A DNA stretch of 64,000 bases from an uncultured delta proteobacterium (GTDB taxonomy: Bacteria > Desulfobacterota > Binatia > UBA9968), in contig CAVYTU010000006.1 of the NCBI GenBank assembly GCA_963771465.1, positions 134,588-198,587 on the forward strand. Direction: 5' to 3'. The translations under genes were made by a program, and so were the position numbers. This document shows positions 40,414-51,930 of this stretch, in pieces. A model generated the notes under the pieces. The model did not search any database and was not told where the DNA came from. It was given only the letters and a program-made list of their open reading frames with translations. Numbering within the stretch: position 1 is the first letter of the stretch; every line of letters begins with the position of its first letter.

Positions 40414-41367
40414 TTAGATCCCCAACTCCCGCAGCACTTCGCGCAAAAGCGTCATGTCATGGGCGACGCTAACCGGCACATGGTTCTTCTTGGTCTGCTG
40501 CTGAATGAAACCCCACTCGATACTTAGATCGTCGTCGGTGAGCATGCCGTTTCTGCTAAGGCCCGGTTTGGCGAGATCCAGTGAGCGCGCGGCGTCTTTT
40601 TCATTGGCTCGCGTCCAGTCCATGAGAATCTTGGTCGTTTCGCGCGGATTCATCTGTAGCAGCTGCAAGCTCTTCAGCGTCGCGCGCATCACCCGCTTGA
40701 TCAGCTCGGGATCTTTTCTGATTTTGTCTTCGTGCACGCCGAGACCGGCGATCGGATGAGCGACGATCTCGGCGGTGTTGCCGAGCAAGCGGTAGCCGCG
40801 GTTTTCCATCTGCACATTGGTCGGCAGCGGCATCAAGCTGCCTTGCGCGATATTTTTTTCCATCGCGGCGACGCGCGCCGGCGTCGCCCCCATCGCCAGT
40901 AACTGGTATTCGCCTTTCTTCAGTCCTAGATGTTGCAGATGCTTTTCGGTGAGGATCGCTTGGGTGTTGCCGAATGAGCTAACCGCGAAGACTTTGCCTC
41001 TCAATTCGGCAGTCGAGCCGATCTCCGGTCGAACGACGAGAGAGAAGAACGGACGCGAGTTGAGGGCCGCCACAAGTTTGGTGCCGAGACCCTGTATCGC
41101 GCCGTTGAGCACGGGAGAAATATTCAAGGAAAAATCGCTGTGGCCGTTGGCCAATGCGACGGTAGCGACGTTGCCGTTCATCTGAATCAGCTGCGCTTCG
41201 ATGCCTTCGCTGCGAAAGAAGCCTTTCTCCACAGCCACCTTGACGGGAAACCAGGTCATGCTCACGGCGGAATAAGAAAATGTAACCTTCCGCGCTTCGG
41301 CGCCGGCGGCTAGGTTTGACTGAGTTAGCGCCAGTCCGCACAGGGAAAGGAGCAGAATGACTCTCAT
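40414..41367 (-). CDS. ABC substrate-binding protein (SsuA/NMT1 class)
   Basis: Signal peptide, VAVEKGFF..EGI, ELRGK.FAVSS.G. TAATG overlap with the upstream gene. Confidence 0.85.
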   Translation of the reverse strand: MRVILLLSLCGLALTQSNLAAGAEARKVTFSYSAVSMTWFPVKVAVEKGFFRSEGIEAQLIQMNGNVATVALANGHSDFSLNISPVLNGAIQGLGTKLVAALNSRPFFSLVVRPEIGSTAELRGKVFAVSSFGNTQAILTEKHLQHLGLKKGEYQLLAMGATPARVAAMEKNIAQGSLMPLPTNVQMENRGYRLLGNTAEIVAHPIAGLGVHEDKIRKDPELIKRVMRATLKSLQLLQMNPRETTKILMDWTRANEKDAARSLDLAKPGLSRNGMLTDDDLSIEWGFIQQQTKKNHVPVSVAHDMTLLREVLRELGI

Positions 41368-42197
41368 TATTTTTTCTGCGGAATTTCCACAGGCAGATCG
41401 GCCCGGTCGCCCCATTCTTTCCAGGAGCCGATGTAATTGCGCACTTTGGAAAAGCCGAGCAAGCGCAGCGCGATGTAACTATGCGCGGCGCGGTAGCCGC
41501 CTTGGCAGTAGGAGACGACTTCCTTGTCGGCGGTGACGCCGGCATCGTCGTACATCGCTTTTAGTTCTGCGTTCGATTTGAACTTGCCGCTCGGGTCGAG
41601 ATTGTCGGTCCATTCGATATGAATCGAGCCGGGAATCGACCCGCCGCGCGCCGCGCGCACCTGGGTGCCCAAGTGCTCGCCTTGGCTGCGCGTGTCGAGA
41701 ATCGCCACGTCCTTTTTGTCGAGCGAATGGAGCACGTCGTCGACGGTGGCCAGGACTTCGCGCCGCTCGGCGATCTTAAACGTCGCGCTTTTAGGCGTAA
41801 TGCCGTCGCGCGTGACCGGACCCTTGGCTTCTTGCCAAGCGTGAAAGCCGCCGTCGAGCATCTTCACATTGGGATGGCCGTAATATTCCAAGAACCACAC
41901 GCCGCGCGCCGCGCGCATATCGGAATGGGTCCCATAAAAAACGATTTCTTTCGCCTCATTGACGCCGCGCAGCTCGAAGACGTGATGGATCATGAACATG
42001 AATGCTTTAAGTGGCGCATCGGTGGTGTCGACCAGGCTCAAGCCGAAAAGATCGAAGTGTGTCGCGCCCGGAATATGTCCTTGGGCATAGTCTTCGGCCG
42101 GCCGCGTGTCGATGACGCAGAGATTTGCTGCGCTGAGTTTTTTTTGTAACTCGGCCGCGGTTATGAGCAAGGTTTCGCGTGTGTATTGCTTTTCCAT
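41367..42197 (-). CDS. Two-domain sulfurtransferase (rhodanese)
   Basis: GHIPGA, LDGGF..W, GSIPGS, YCQGGYRAA, YIGSWKEW. Confidence 0.9.
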   Translation of the reverse strand: MEKQYTRETLLITAAELQKKLSAANLCVIDTRPAEDYAQGHIPGATHFDLFGLSLVDTTDAPLKAFMFMIHHVFELRGVNEAKEIVFYGTHSDMRAARGVWFLEYYGHPNVKMLDGGFHAWQEAKGPVTRDGITPKSATFKIAERREVLATVDDVLHSLDKKDVAILDTRSQGEHLGTQVRAARGGSIPGSIHIEWTDNLDPSGKFKSNAELKAMYDDAGVTADKEVVSYCQGGYRAAHSYIALRLLGFSKVRNYIGSWKEWGDRADLPVEIPQKK

Positions 42198-42221
42198 AGG
42201 CTCCCTATAGCATTTGTCCAA

Positions 42222-43340
42222 ATGACACTGCAAATTACGCGGCGGGCAATTACATTTCCACGATTTCTCTCGCTGCTCGTTGGCCTCGGCGTCTGTTGGC
42301 TCATGGCGACGAGCTTCACCTATCAGTCGGCTTTGCCGGGACGAAAGCTATCGTTTCCCGCCGATCACTACGCTCATCGCGATTTCAAAACCGAGTGGTG
42401 GTATTACACGGGGCACTTGGAAACGGCGAGCGGTAAGCGCTACGGTTATCAAGTGACTTTCTTCCGCTTCGGCCTGCGCGACCGGCAGAAAGAGGCAAAG
42501 GAGCAGCCTTTGTTTACCGAATTGTATATGGCGCACTTCGCGCTGTCGGACATTGCGGCGAAGAAATTTAGTTTCCGCGAACGCATCAATCGCGGTCGCG
42601 GCGACAAAGCCGGCGCGGCAACCGATCGCTTTTTGGTTTGGAACGAGGATTGGAAAGTCGAGGGCGATGAGAAAAATCACGCGATTCAAGTCAACGACCG
42701 CGGCACGCAATTGCGGTTACAACTTCGCTCACTCAAAGCACCCGTGCTCCATGGTCAGAATGGACTGAGTCAGAAAGGCGAAGGCGAAGGCCGAGCGTCG
42801 TATTACTATTCTCTGACACGCATGCAGACCGACGGCGAGCTGACGATCCACGGCAAGAAAGAGCAAGTCCGCGGCCTCACTTGGATGGACCACGAGTTCG
42901 GCAGCAATCAGCTGCGCGAAGATCAGGTCGGCTGGGATTGGTTTAGCATCCAGCTCGATAATCAGACCGAGGTAATGCTGTATTTGATGCGCCGCAAGGA
43001 CGGCTCTGTCGATCCCTATTCGAGCGGCACGCTGGTCAGCGCCAATGGCGCGAGCAAACATCTCGGGTTGAAAGATTTTCAAGTTGGAGTGTCAGAGCGA
43101 TGGAAGAGCCCGAAGAGCGGCGCCAACTATCCCATGAAATGGCAAGTGACGATTCCCGGCGACGAGATTGAACTAGAAATCACCCCGGCATTTCCCGAGC
43201 AGGAACTGATCACGAACAGAAGCACGCGCGTGACCTACTGGGAAGGCGCCGCACAGATTCGCGCCAAAGTTCGCGGCCAGCCTGTGAATGGCAACGGTTA
43301 CGTCGAGATGACCGGATACGCCGGGAAGCTGACGATTTAG
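42222..43340 (+). CDS. CrtC/AttH-like lipocalin-fold hydrolase/hydratase
   Basis: FPADH..H.DFKTEWWYYTG, SYYYS, WMDHEF, GWDWF, YWEG, GYVEMTGY. Confidence 0.85.
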   Translation: MTLQITRRAITFPRFLSLLVGLGVCWLMATSFTYQSALPGRKLSFPADHYAHRDFKTEWWYYTGHLETASGKRYGYQVTFFRFGLRDRQKEAKEQPLFTELYMAHFALSDIAAKKFSFRERINRGRGDKAGAATDRFLVWNEDWKVEGDEKNHAIQVNDRGTQLRLQLRSLKAPVLHGQNGLSQKGEGEGRASYYYSLTRMQTDGELTIHGKKEQVRGLTWMDHEFGSNQLREDQVGWDWFSIQLDNQTEVMLYLMRRKDGSVDPYSSGTLVSANGASKHLGLKDFQVGVSERWKSPKSGANYPMKWQVTIPGDEIELEITPAFPEQELITNRSTRVTYWEGAAQIRAKVRGQPVNGNGYVEMTGYAGKLTI

Positions 43341-43346
43341 ATTGAA

Positions 43347-44768
43347 ATGAAGATCATCGATTCCGCCTTTGAGTTCATTTTCGCCGGCGGAATTTTCGCG
43401 CCCTGCGACCGCGTTCTCGTCGCGGTCTCCGGCGGGCCGGATTCGGTGGCGTTGTTGCGCTTGCTTGTTGAACTGCGCGATGAGCTGCAGCTTCATCTCG
43501 AAGTGGCTCATTTACAGCACGGCATTCGCGGTGCTGAGGCGCGGGAAGATGCGCGTTTTGTCGGCGCGTTGGCCGACCAGTTTGGGCTGACGTTTCATCT
43601 CAAGGAAGTTAGTGTGCCGGAGATTCGCGCCGCGGCGGGGAAGGGTAACTTGGAAGCCTTGGCTCGACTCGAGCGATATCGCTTTCTTGCCGAAGTGGCA
43701 CGCGCGCGTGGGCTTGGTAAAGTCGCTACCGCGCACACGCTGGACGATCAGGCGGAGACGGTTTTGATGCGGTTTCTACGCGGTAGCGGCATGAAAGGGC
43801 TCGGCGGCATGGCGCCGCTGCAGGTGATGGAGTCGATCGGCGGCGAGTTGATTAAGCTTACTATTGTGCGCCCATTGCTCGAAACGTCTAAGGCAGAGAT
43901 CATCAATTACTTGACGCAAAAGAATCAGCTTTATCGGCTGGACCGGACTAACCAGGACAAAACCTACTTGCGCAACTGGGTTCGTCTGGAGTTGTTGCCC
44001 AAGATTCGCGAGCGGGTTGACAGCCGATTAGGCGAGCGCTTGGGGCAGCAGGCGGAATTGCTGCGCGACGAGGACGAGTTTCTCTCTGAGTTGGCGCGCC
44101 GCAAGCTTGTAGAAATTTCTCATGCCCACGACGGACTAAGCCGGATCGGGCTTCTCGGGGAACCAATCGCGTTGCAGCGCCGATTGCTGCGGCTTTGGAT
44201 CGAAGCGGCGCGCGGGAACCTGCGCGGCTTGGATTTCGTTCATATCGATGAGCTCCTTCGTCTAATTAAAGTGGGTCCGCCGCAAGGCCGGCTGGCGATC
44301 CCCGGCGGTTGGGAGTTGGCGCGCGAATACGATGTTCTCAAACTGCTTCGGCGCTTAGTTCGGATCGAGCGCGAGTGCTATAGTTATGATTTTACGGTGG
44401 GCTCGACGTTGCAAATTCCCGAAGCCGGGCGCGAACTTCAGGGCGAAGTCGTCATGCCGCCCCTGGCCGAGCTGCCGGCCAATTTGTCCGAGGCGGTGTT
44501 TGATGCAGTTTGCTTGACCGAGCCTCTGACCGTGCGCAACTTTCGTCAGGGCGACTGTTTTAAGCCTTTGGGCATGACGGGGCACAAGAAAATCAAGGAT
44601 CTGTTCATCGACAATAAGGTGGCGCTTTCAGTGCGCGCAAAGTTGCCGTTTTTGCTCCTCGGTCAGGAGATCATTTGGGTGCCTGGCTACGGCCGCAGCA
44701 GGATCGCTCGGGTGAGCGCCGACACTAAGTTAATTTTGCGTCTGAAATTAGTGACTTTGGCCGCTTAG
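43347..44768 (+). CDS. tilS: tRNA(Ile)-lysidine synthetase
   Basis: VAVSGGPDS, AHTLDDQAET, RPLL, D.TN..YLRN, C-terminal TilS_C domain. Confidence 0.95.
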   Translation: MKIIDSAFEFIFAGGIFAPCDRVLVAVSGGPDSVALLRLLVELRDELQLHLEVAHLQHGIRGAEAREDARFVGALADQFGLTFHLKEVSVPEIRAAAGKGNLEALARLERYRFLAEVARARGLGKVATAHTLDDQAETVLMRFLRGSGMKGLGGMAPLQVMESIGGELIKLTIVRPLLETSKAEIINYLTQKNQLYRLDRTNQDKTYLRNWVRLELLPKIRERVDSRLGERLGQQAELLRDEDEFLSELARRKLVEISHAHDGLSRIGLLGEPIALQRRLLRLWIEAARGNLRGLDFVHIDELLRLIKVGPPQGRLAIPGGWELAREYDVLKLLRRLVRIERECYSYDFTVGSTLQIPEAGRELQGEVVMPPLAELPANLSEAVFDAVCLTEPLTVRNFRQGDCFKPLGMTGHKKIKDLFIDNKVALSVRAKLPFLLLGQEIIWVPGYGRSRIARVSADTKLILRLKLVTLAA

Positions 44769-44844
44769 CAAGTTAAACTCTATATTGATCGACTGGGTAG
44801 CGTATGTTAGAGTTTCTCTGGTTTTAGCTAATTAGGAGGGTCGG

Positions 44845-46683
<1,839 letters not shown>

Positions 46684-46697
46684 ACTTTTACTTGCCG

Positions 46698-46718
46698 AGG
46701 GGGCGAATGCTCCCTTTT
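46698..46718 (+). terminator. Candidate intrinsic terminator after ftsH
   Basis: AGGGGGC-gaat-GCTCCCT followed by TTT. Confidence 0.4.
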
Positions 46719-46855
46719 ATAGCCTCCACCTTTCCCATCAGTAGCGAAATTGCCGTCTTGGCTGCTTTGCCTGGCGAGTTTGTGGTGAACTGTCTTTCGA
46801 TGCCGGATGGCATTGACTAAAGGGTTTCGAAAAGATTCCTCCGTCACTGCGGGTC

Positions 46856-47776
46856 ATGTCCAATCAATATCCAACCGATGTAAGTCGATTGAGCAATCCG
46901 TTGGCGCCGCTAGTGCCGGCTTTAGCGGCCCAACGCAGTCTTCAAACCCGTCACGGCGAACTGGACTTTACTCGACGCACGTTGATCATGGGGATCGTCA
47001 ACGTCACGCCGGATTCGTTCTATGACGGCGGCCGGCGTTTCGACGCGGGGCAAGCGGTGGCGCATGGATTGGCGATGGCGGCAAGCGGCGCCGACATCGT
47101 CGACATCGGCGGTGAATCGTCCCGTCCCGGCGCCGAGCCGGTATCCGCAGACGACGAGCTGGCCCGGGTGATTCCGGTGATTGAAAGCTTGCGTAAACAA
47201 AGCGCGGTGCCGATCTCCATCGACACTTACAAAGCCCAAGTCGCCCGCGCAGCGCTCTATGCCGGCGCGGACATCGTCAATGACATCAGCGCCTTGCGTT
47301 TCGATTCGGCGATGACTTCGGTGATCGCTGAAGAAAAAGTGCCGGTTGTTCTCATGCATATGCAAGGCACGCCGCGCACCATGCAGGCCGAGCCGCGCTA
47401 TCAGGACGTGGTGCGCGAAGTGAGAGACTTTCTCGCCGCGCAACTTTATGAAGCGCTGGACGCCGGCGTAGCGCCGCAGGCGATCGTCATCGATCCGGGC
47501 ATCGGCTTCGGCAAAAATCTCGAGCACAATCTGCAACTGCTACGCGGTCTGCCTGCCTTGGCGGTACTCGGCCAGCCGCTTTTGGTCGGTGTTTCGCGCA
47601 AGGCTTTCATCGGCAAGATTTTGAAGCTGGAAGCCGACCAACGCTTGGAGGGCAGTCTCGCCGCTGCGGTTGCCGCGGTGCTCGCCGGCGCGAATATTCT
47701 TCGTGTGCATGACGTGGCCGAGAGCGCCAAGGCCGCGCGCATGGCCGACGCGATCCGCTTTGGCGTAACCCAGTGA
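46856..47776 (+). CDS. folP: Dihydropteroate synthase
   Basis: MGIVNVTPDSF.DGG, IGGESSRPG, DPGIGFGK, SRK, RVHDV. Confidence 0.96.
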   Translation: MSNQYPTDVSRLSNPLAPLVPALAAQRSLQTRHGELDFTRRTLIMGIVNVTPDSFYDGGRRFDAGQAVAHGLAMAASGADIVDIGGESSRPGAEPVSADDELARVIPVIESLRKQSAVPISIDTYKAQVARAALYAGADIVNDISALRFDSAMTSVIAEEKVPVVLMHMQGTPRTMQAEPRYQDVVREVRDFLAAQLYEALDAGVAPQAIVIDPGIGFGKNLEHNLQLLRGLPALAVLGQPLLVGVSRKAFIGKILKLEADQRLEGSLAAAVAAVLAGANILRVHDVAESAKAARMADAIRFGVTQ

Positions 47777-47789
47777 ACAGGCAGCACCG

Positions 47790-48545
47790 ATGTTGGATCT
47801 CATTGGACAAATTCGCTGGCAAGACCTGCTCGACATCGGCATTATTGCCTTTCTAGTTTATCGCGCGTTGCACATCGTGCGCGGCAGCCGGGCGATGCAG
47901 ATGATCATCGGCTTGGCTGTGATCCTGGTCGCTTACGTCTCGTCGCGCGCGCTCGGGTTATTTACGCTCAACTGGATCCTCGACAACTTTCTCGCGTCGA
48001 TTATTCTCGTCATTATCGTCATCTTCCAGAGCGATATTCGCCGCGCCCTCACTCAAGTGGGCACCGCGCCTTTGTTCACCGCGGCCGAACGCATGGTGCA
48101 GCGGCGCGAGGATATCATCGACGAAGCGGTTCAAGGCGCGCTGGCGCTGGCAGCCAAGCATGTCGGCGGCCTGATCGTTTTCGAACGGGAAGTGGGGCTC
48201 AATGAATACATGGAGATCGGCACGCGGCTCGACGCGCGGGTGAGTCACGAGTTGTTGGAAAGCGTTTTTATGCCGCACTCGCCGATCCACGATGGCGCCT
48301 TGGTGATTCAGAACCGCAGAGTGACCGCAGTACGCTGTCTGTTGCCGTTGAGTACCAACCCCAATCTTAAGAAAACCTGGGGTACGCGCCACCGCGCCGC
48401 CCTTGGCGTTACCGAAGAAACCGATGCGGTGGCGGTGGTGGTCTCGGAGCAGGAAGGCACGGTGACTTTGGTGGTCGGCGGCAACGTGACTGAAAACGTC
48501 GATGGCGCCAGGCTCCGCTCGGTGCTGCAAGATCTGGTCAAGTAA
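47790..48545 (+). CDS. cdaA: Diadenylate cyclase CdaA
   Basis: Three N-terminal TM helices, FQSDIRRAL, catalytic HDGA and GTRHRAA motifs. Confidence 0.95.
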   Translation: MLDLIGQIRWQDLLDIGIIAFLVYRALHIVRGSRAMQMIIGLAVILVAYVSSRALGLFTLNWILDNFLASIILVIIVIFQSDIRRALTQVGTAPLFTAAERMVQRREDIIDEAVQGALALAAKHVGGLIVFEREVGLNEYMEIGTRLDARVSHELLESVFMPHSPIHDGALVIQNRRVTAVRCLLPLSTNPNLKKTWGTRHRAALGVTEETDAVAVVVSEQEGTVTLVVGGNVTENVDGARLRSVLQDLVK

Positions 48546-49474
48546 TGAAACAGCTTTGGGAAAAAATAGTCGCACTGGCTGGCAGCAACTTCGGCCTCAA
48601 AGTGCTCGCCCTGGTGATCGCCGTCGGATTGTGGGTCGCCGGCCACCGCGACACCGAGCGCGCCATCGAAGTGCCGGTGGAGTTTCGCAATATTCCCGCC
48701 GATTTGGTGGTTATGGATAATCGCATCGACTACGTCGTGTTGCGTCTGATGGGGCCGCGCACGTTGGTGTCGACCATCGATTCCGACGACTTGAAGCTGC
48801 TGCTCGATTTGAACGGCGCGAAATCGGGCGCCGTCAGCTATCCCTTGGGAACGAGCTCGTTTAATATTCCGCGCGGCGTCACGGTGGCGCGCGTCACGCC
48901 GCCGGTGGTGCATCTACGGCTGGAACCCGTGGTGCATCGCTCGCTGCCGGTGAGTGTAAAACTAGCCGGTAAACCCGCCGCTGGCTACCAAATCGCGCGC
49001 ACCATCGCGCGGCCGGAAAATGTTTCGGTATCGGGACCGGCGGAAGAAGTGCGCCGGTTGACGGCGGTGGAAACCTTGCCGGTGGACTTCGATGAAAAGC
49101 GCGGCGTCGACAAGCACAAGGTGCGTTTGTCGGCTGACGGCAAGCTGTTATCGATCATGCCTGAGCAGGTAGAAGTTTCAGTGACGATCGAGGAAGAAGA
49201 AGCGAGTCGGGATTTCAACGGCGTCAGCCTGCGGGCGAAAGATTTCAAGGGCGTCTACACTGTGTTGCCGGCGGCGATCGCGCTCCGTGTTGCCGGCGCC
49301 AAATCCATCATCGATAAGCTAGAATTAACCGGCGGAGAGGTTTACTTAGAGCTCAATGGCCTGCCTGCCGGCGAGCATACTTTGCCGATATCGTTTGAAT
49401 TGCCGGCGGGTGTTCGGATACTGGAGCAAAAACCGGCGCGAGTCCGGGTGCGGATCACCAAGCCTGGAAATTAA
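48545..49474 (+). CDS. cdaR: CdaR/YbbR-like regulator
   Basis: N.GLK.LAL..A..LW anchor and repeated YbbR-like beta domains; lies between cdaA and glmM. Confidence 0.85.
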   Translation: MKQLWEKIVALAGSNFGLKVLALVIAVGLWVAGHRDTERAIEVPVEFRNIPADLVVMDNRIDYVVLRLMGPRTLVSTIDSDDLKLLLDLNGAKSGAVSYPLGTSSFNIPRGVTVARVTPPVVHLRLEPVVHRSLPVSVKLAGKPAAGYQIARTIARPENVSVSGPAEEVRRLTAVETLPVDFDEKRGVDKHKVRLSADGKLLSIMPEQVEVSVTIEEEEASRDFNGVSLRAKDFKGVYTVLPAAIALRVAGAKSIIDKLELTGGEVYLELNGLPAGEHTLPISFELPAGVRILEQKPARVRVRITKPGN

Positions 49475-49501
49475 CCATCATTTGGAGAGGAGTCACCGTC
49501 G

Positions 49502-50953
49502 ATGCAACAGCCTCGAGTAAAAACGCAATCACATAAACGCCGGCTTTTTGGCACCGATGGCGTGCGCGGTGTGGCGAACCAAGAACCGATGACTTCGGAG
49601 ATGGCGCTGAAGCTCGGCCGCGCGATCGCTAAAGTCTTGCACGAATCGAAACCATCGGAACAATCCGGCCGTATGCCGCCGCCGTCCTTCGCGGTCAAGA
49701 ACGGCGAGACCGATAAACATCGCTTCAAGATTCTCATCGGCAAAGATACCCGGCTCTCCGGTTATATGCTGGAGACGGCGTTGGCTTCCGGCATCGTTTC
49801 CATGGGCGCAGACGTGCTGTTGGTCGGGCCGTTGCCGACGCCGGGAGTGGCGTTTTTGACGCGCAGCATGCGCGCCGACGCCGGCGTGGTGATTTCGGCG
49901 TCGCATAATCCCTATCAGGACAATGGCATCAAGTTTTTTTCCTGGGATGGATTTAAGCTGCCCGACGAAGTCGAAGCGCGCATGGAAGAGTTGATCTTCG
50001 GCGGCGAGTTGGAAGATGCGCGGCCCACCGCCAGCGCCATCGGCAAAGCCTTTCGTATTCCCGACGCCGTGGGCCGGTACAATGTATTTCTCAAGAATAG
50101 TTTCCCGCGTCATCTAACCTTGGAGGGTTTAAAAATCGTCGTCGACTGCGGCAACGGCGCGGCCTACAAAGTCGTGCCCGAAGTGTTAGCCGAACTGGGC
50201 GCGGAGATATTGCCGGTCGGCGTCCAGCCCGACGGCGAGAACATCAACCGGCGTTGCGGCGCGCTCCATCCCGAATCGGCGCGTGAAGTGCTGCTGCACG
50301 AGAATGCCGATTTCGCCGTGTCCCTCGACGGCGATGCCGACCGCGCGGTGTTCATCGACGAGACCGGCGAGATTATCGACGGCGATCATGTCTTGGCGAT
50401 CTGCGCCCTCGACATGCAGGAGAAAGGCATTCTCAAAGGCGGCGGTGTGGTCGCCACGGTGATGAGTAATTTGGGCCTCGATCTCGCCATGCAGAAAGCC
50501 GGTCTTGAAGTCGTGCGCGCGCAGGTCGGCGACCGTTATGTGGTCGAGAAGATGATCGAAGGCAACTTCAATCTTGGCGGGGAGCAGTCGGGCCATATTC
50601 TTTTCTTGGATCACAATAGTACCGGTGACGGCGCGATCACTTGCTTGCAGATGCTTGCGCTGATGGTCGAGAAGCGCCAACGCTTGAGCGAGCTGCACGG
50701 CGTGATGCGGCGGCTGCCGCAAGTGCTGATCAATATCGACGTCAAAGAGCGAAAAGAATTGTCGCAGATGCCGAAGGTGATAAAGAAGATCGACGAGATC
50801 GAAAAAAGCTTGGCCGGCCGCGGCCGAGTGTTGGTGCGCTATTCCGGCACCGAGCTGTTGGCGCGGGTGATGTTGGAAGGCGAGGACCAAAAAAAGATTC
50901 GCGCCATGGCCGACGCCATCGCCAACGAGATCCGCGCCGAGGTGGGCAAGTAA
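49502..50953 (+). CDS. glmM: Phosphoglucosamine mutase
   Basis: [34 protein letters not shown]. Confidence 0.96.
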   Translation: MQQPRVKTQSHKRRLFGTDGVRGVANQEPMTSEMALKLGRAIAKVLHESKPSEQSGRMPPPSFAVKNGETDKHRFKILIGKDTRLSGYMLETALASGIVSMGADVLLVGPLPTPGVAFLTRSMRADAGVVISASHNPYQDNGIKFFSWDGFKLPDEVEARMEELIFGGELEDARPTASAIGKAFRIPDAVGRYNVFLKNSFPRHLTLEGLKIVVDCGNGAAYKVVPEVLAELGAEILPVGVQPDGENINRRCGALHPESAREVLLHENADFAVSLDGDADRAVFIDETGEIIDGDHVLAICALDMQEKGILKGGGVVATVMSNLGLDLAMQKAGLEVVRAQVGDRYVVEKMIEGNFNLGGEQSGHILFLDHNSTGDGAITCLQMLALMVEKRQRLSELHGVMRRLPQVLINIDVKERKELSQMPKVIKKIDEIEKSLAGRGRVLVRYSGTELLARVMLEGEDQKKIRAMADAIANEIRAEVGK

Positions 50954-50982
50954 ACGATCTAACTCCGCGTTGTAGAAACGTT

Positions 50983-51066
50983 TTCACCACGAAGGACACG
51001 AAGAGCACGAAGTTCGGAATATTGATTATCTGAATCCTTCGTGTCCTTCGTGCTTTTCGTGGTGAA
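50983..51066. repeat. Tandem-repeat hairpin C: 9-nt unit arms, TTCGGAAT core (inverted relative of B)
   Basis: ttcaccacgaaggacacgaagagcacgaag-ttcggaat...ccttcgtgtccttcgtgcttttcgtggtgaa. Confidence 0.85.
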
Positions 51067-51122
51067 TAAATCAGTTTGAACCTTACACCTTGTCGAAACA
51101 AACGTCTGAAGACCGGCACACC

Positions 51123-51848
51123 ATGATTCGCCTTGGCATCAACGTCGATCACGTAGCGACCTTGCGCCAGGCGCGCGGCATCGACGTGCCCGATCCGGTT
51201 GCGGCCGCATTGCTTGCGGAAAAGGCCGGCGCGGACGGCATTACGGTGCACCTGCGCGAAGATCGGCGCCATATTCAGGAGCGCGATGTAAAACTTTTGC
51301 GCCAGCGGGCGCGGAGCAAGATCAATCTCGAAATGGCGCTGACGCCGGCGATGGTCAAGTTCGCCGCAAAGCTTCGTCCGGACGACGCTTGCTTCGTGCC
51401 GGAGAAACGCCAGGAGCTCACCACCGAAGGCGGTCTGGATATCGTCGCGCACAAGCAGAGAGTCAAAGACGCCGTCGCCAGGCTGGACGATCGCGGCATT
51501 CACGTCGCGTTGTTTATCGATCCGGTGAAGGCGCAAATCGATTGTGCCAAAGAAGTCGGCGCCCACGCCATTGAGATTCATACCGGAAGTTACTGCAACG
51601 CGACGGGCGCGAAACGCGAGAAGGAGCGGCGCGTAATCGCCGCCGCGGCGAAACTGGCGCAAAGCTTCGGCTTGGAAGTGCATGGCGGCCATGGGCTCAA
51701 TTACGATAACGTCAGACCGATCGCGAAGATTCCCGAGATGGTCGAGCTCAACATCGGTCACAGCATCATCGCCCGGGCGCTCTTTGTCGGCATGGAGCGA
51801 GCGGTGCGCGAGATGAAAGAATTGCTCGATCGTGCTCGTGGCTCGTGA
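51123..51848 (+). CDS. pdxJ: Pyridoxine 5'-phosphate synthase
   Basis: [40 protein letters not shown]. Confidence 0.97.
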   Translation: MIRLGINVDHVATLRQARGIDVPDPVAAALLAEKAGADGITVHLREDRRHIQERDVKLLRQRARSKINLEMALTPAMVKFAAKLRPDDACFVPEKRQELTTEGGLDIVAHKQRVKDAVARLDDRGIHVALFIDPVKAQIDCAKEVGAHAIEIHTGSYCNATGAKREKERRVIAAAAKLAQSFGLEVHGGHGLNYDNVRPIAKIPEMVELNIGHSIIARALFVGMERAVREMKELLDRARGS

Positions 51849-51913
51849 TCGTGTCGGTTTCGGAATCTGAATATCTGTTGGAGTATCTCACGCACACGAA
51901 TAACGAACACGAA
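51830..51913. repeat. Tandem-repeat hairpin D: 6-nt unit (TCGTGN / CACGAA), TTCGGAAT core; overlaps the pdxJ stop
   Basis: tcgtgc tcgtgg ctcgtga tcgtgt cggt-ttcggaat...cacgca cacgaa taacgaa cacgaa. Confidence 0.7.
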
Positions 51914-51930
51914 TAAGATTTCGATCCGTC

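Noticed and set aside
42222-43340. Carotenoid biosynthesis cluster
   Set aside because: The CrtC/AttH-like gene has no neighbouring crt genes; the family is broader than carotenoid hydratases.
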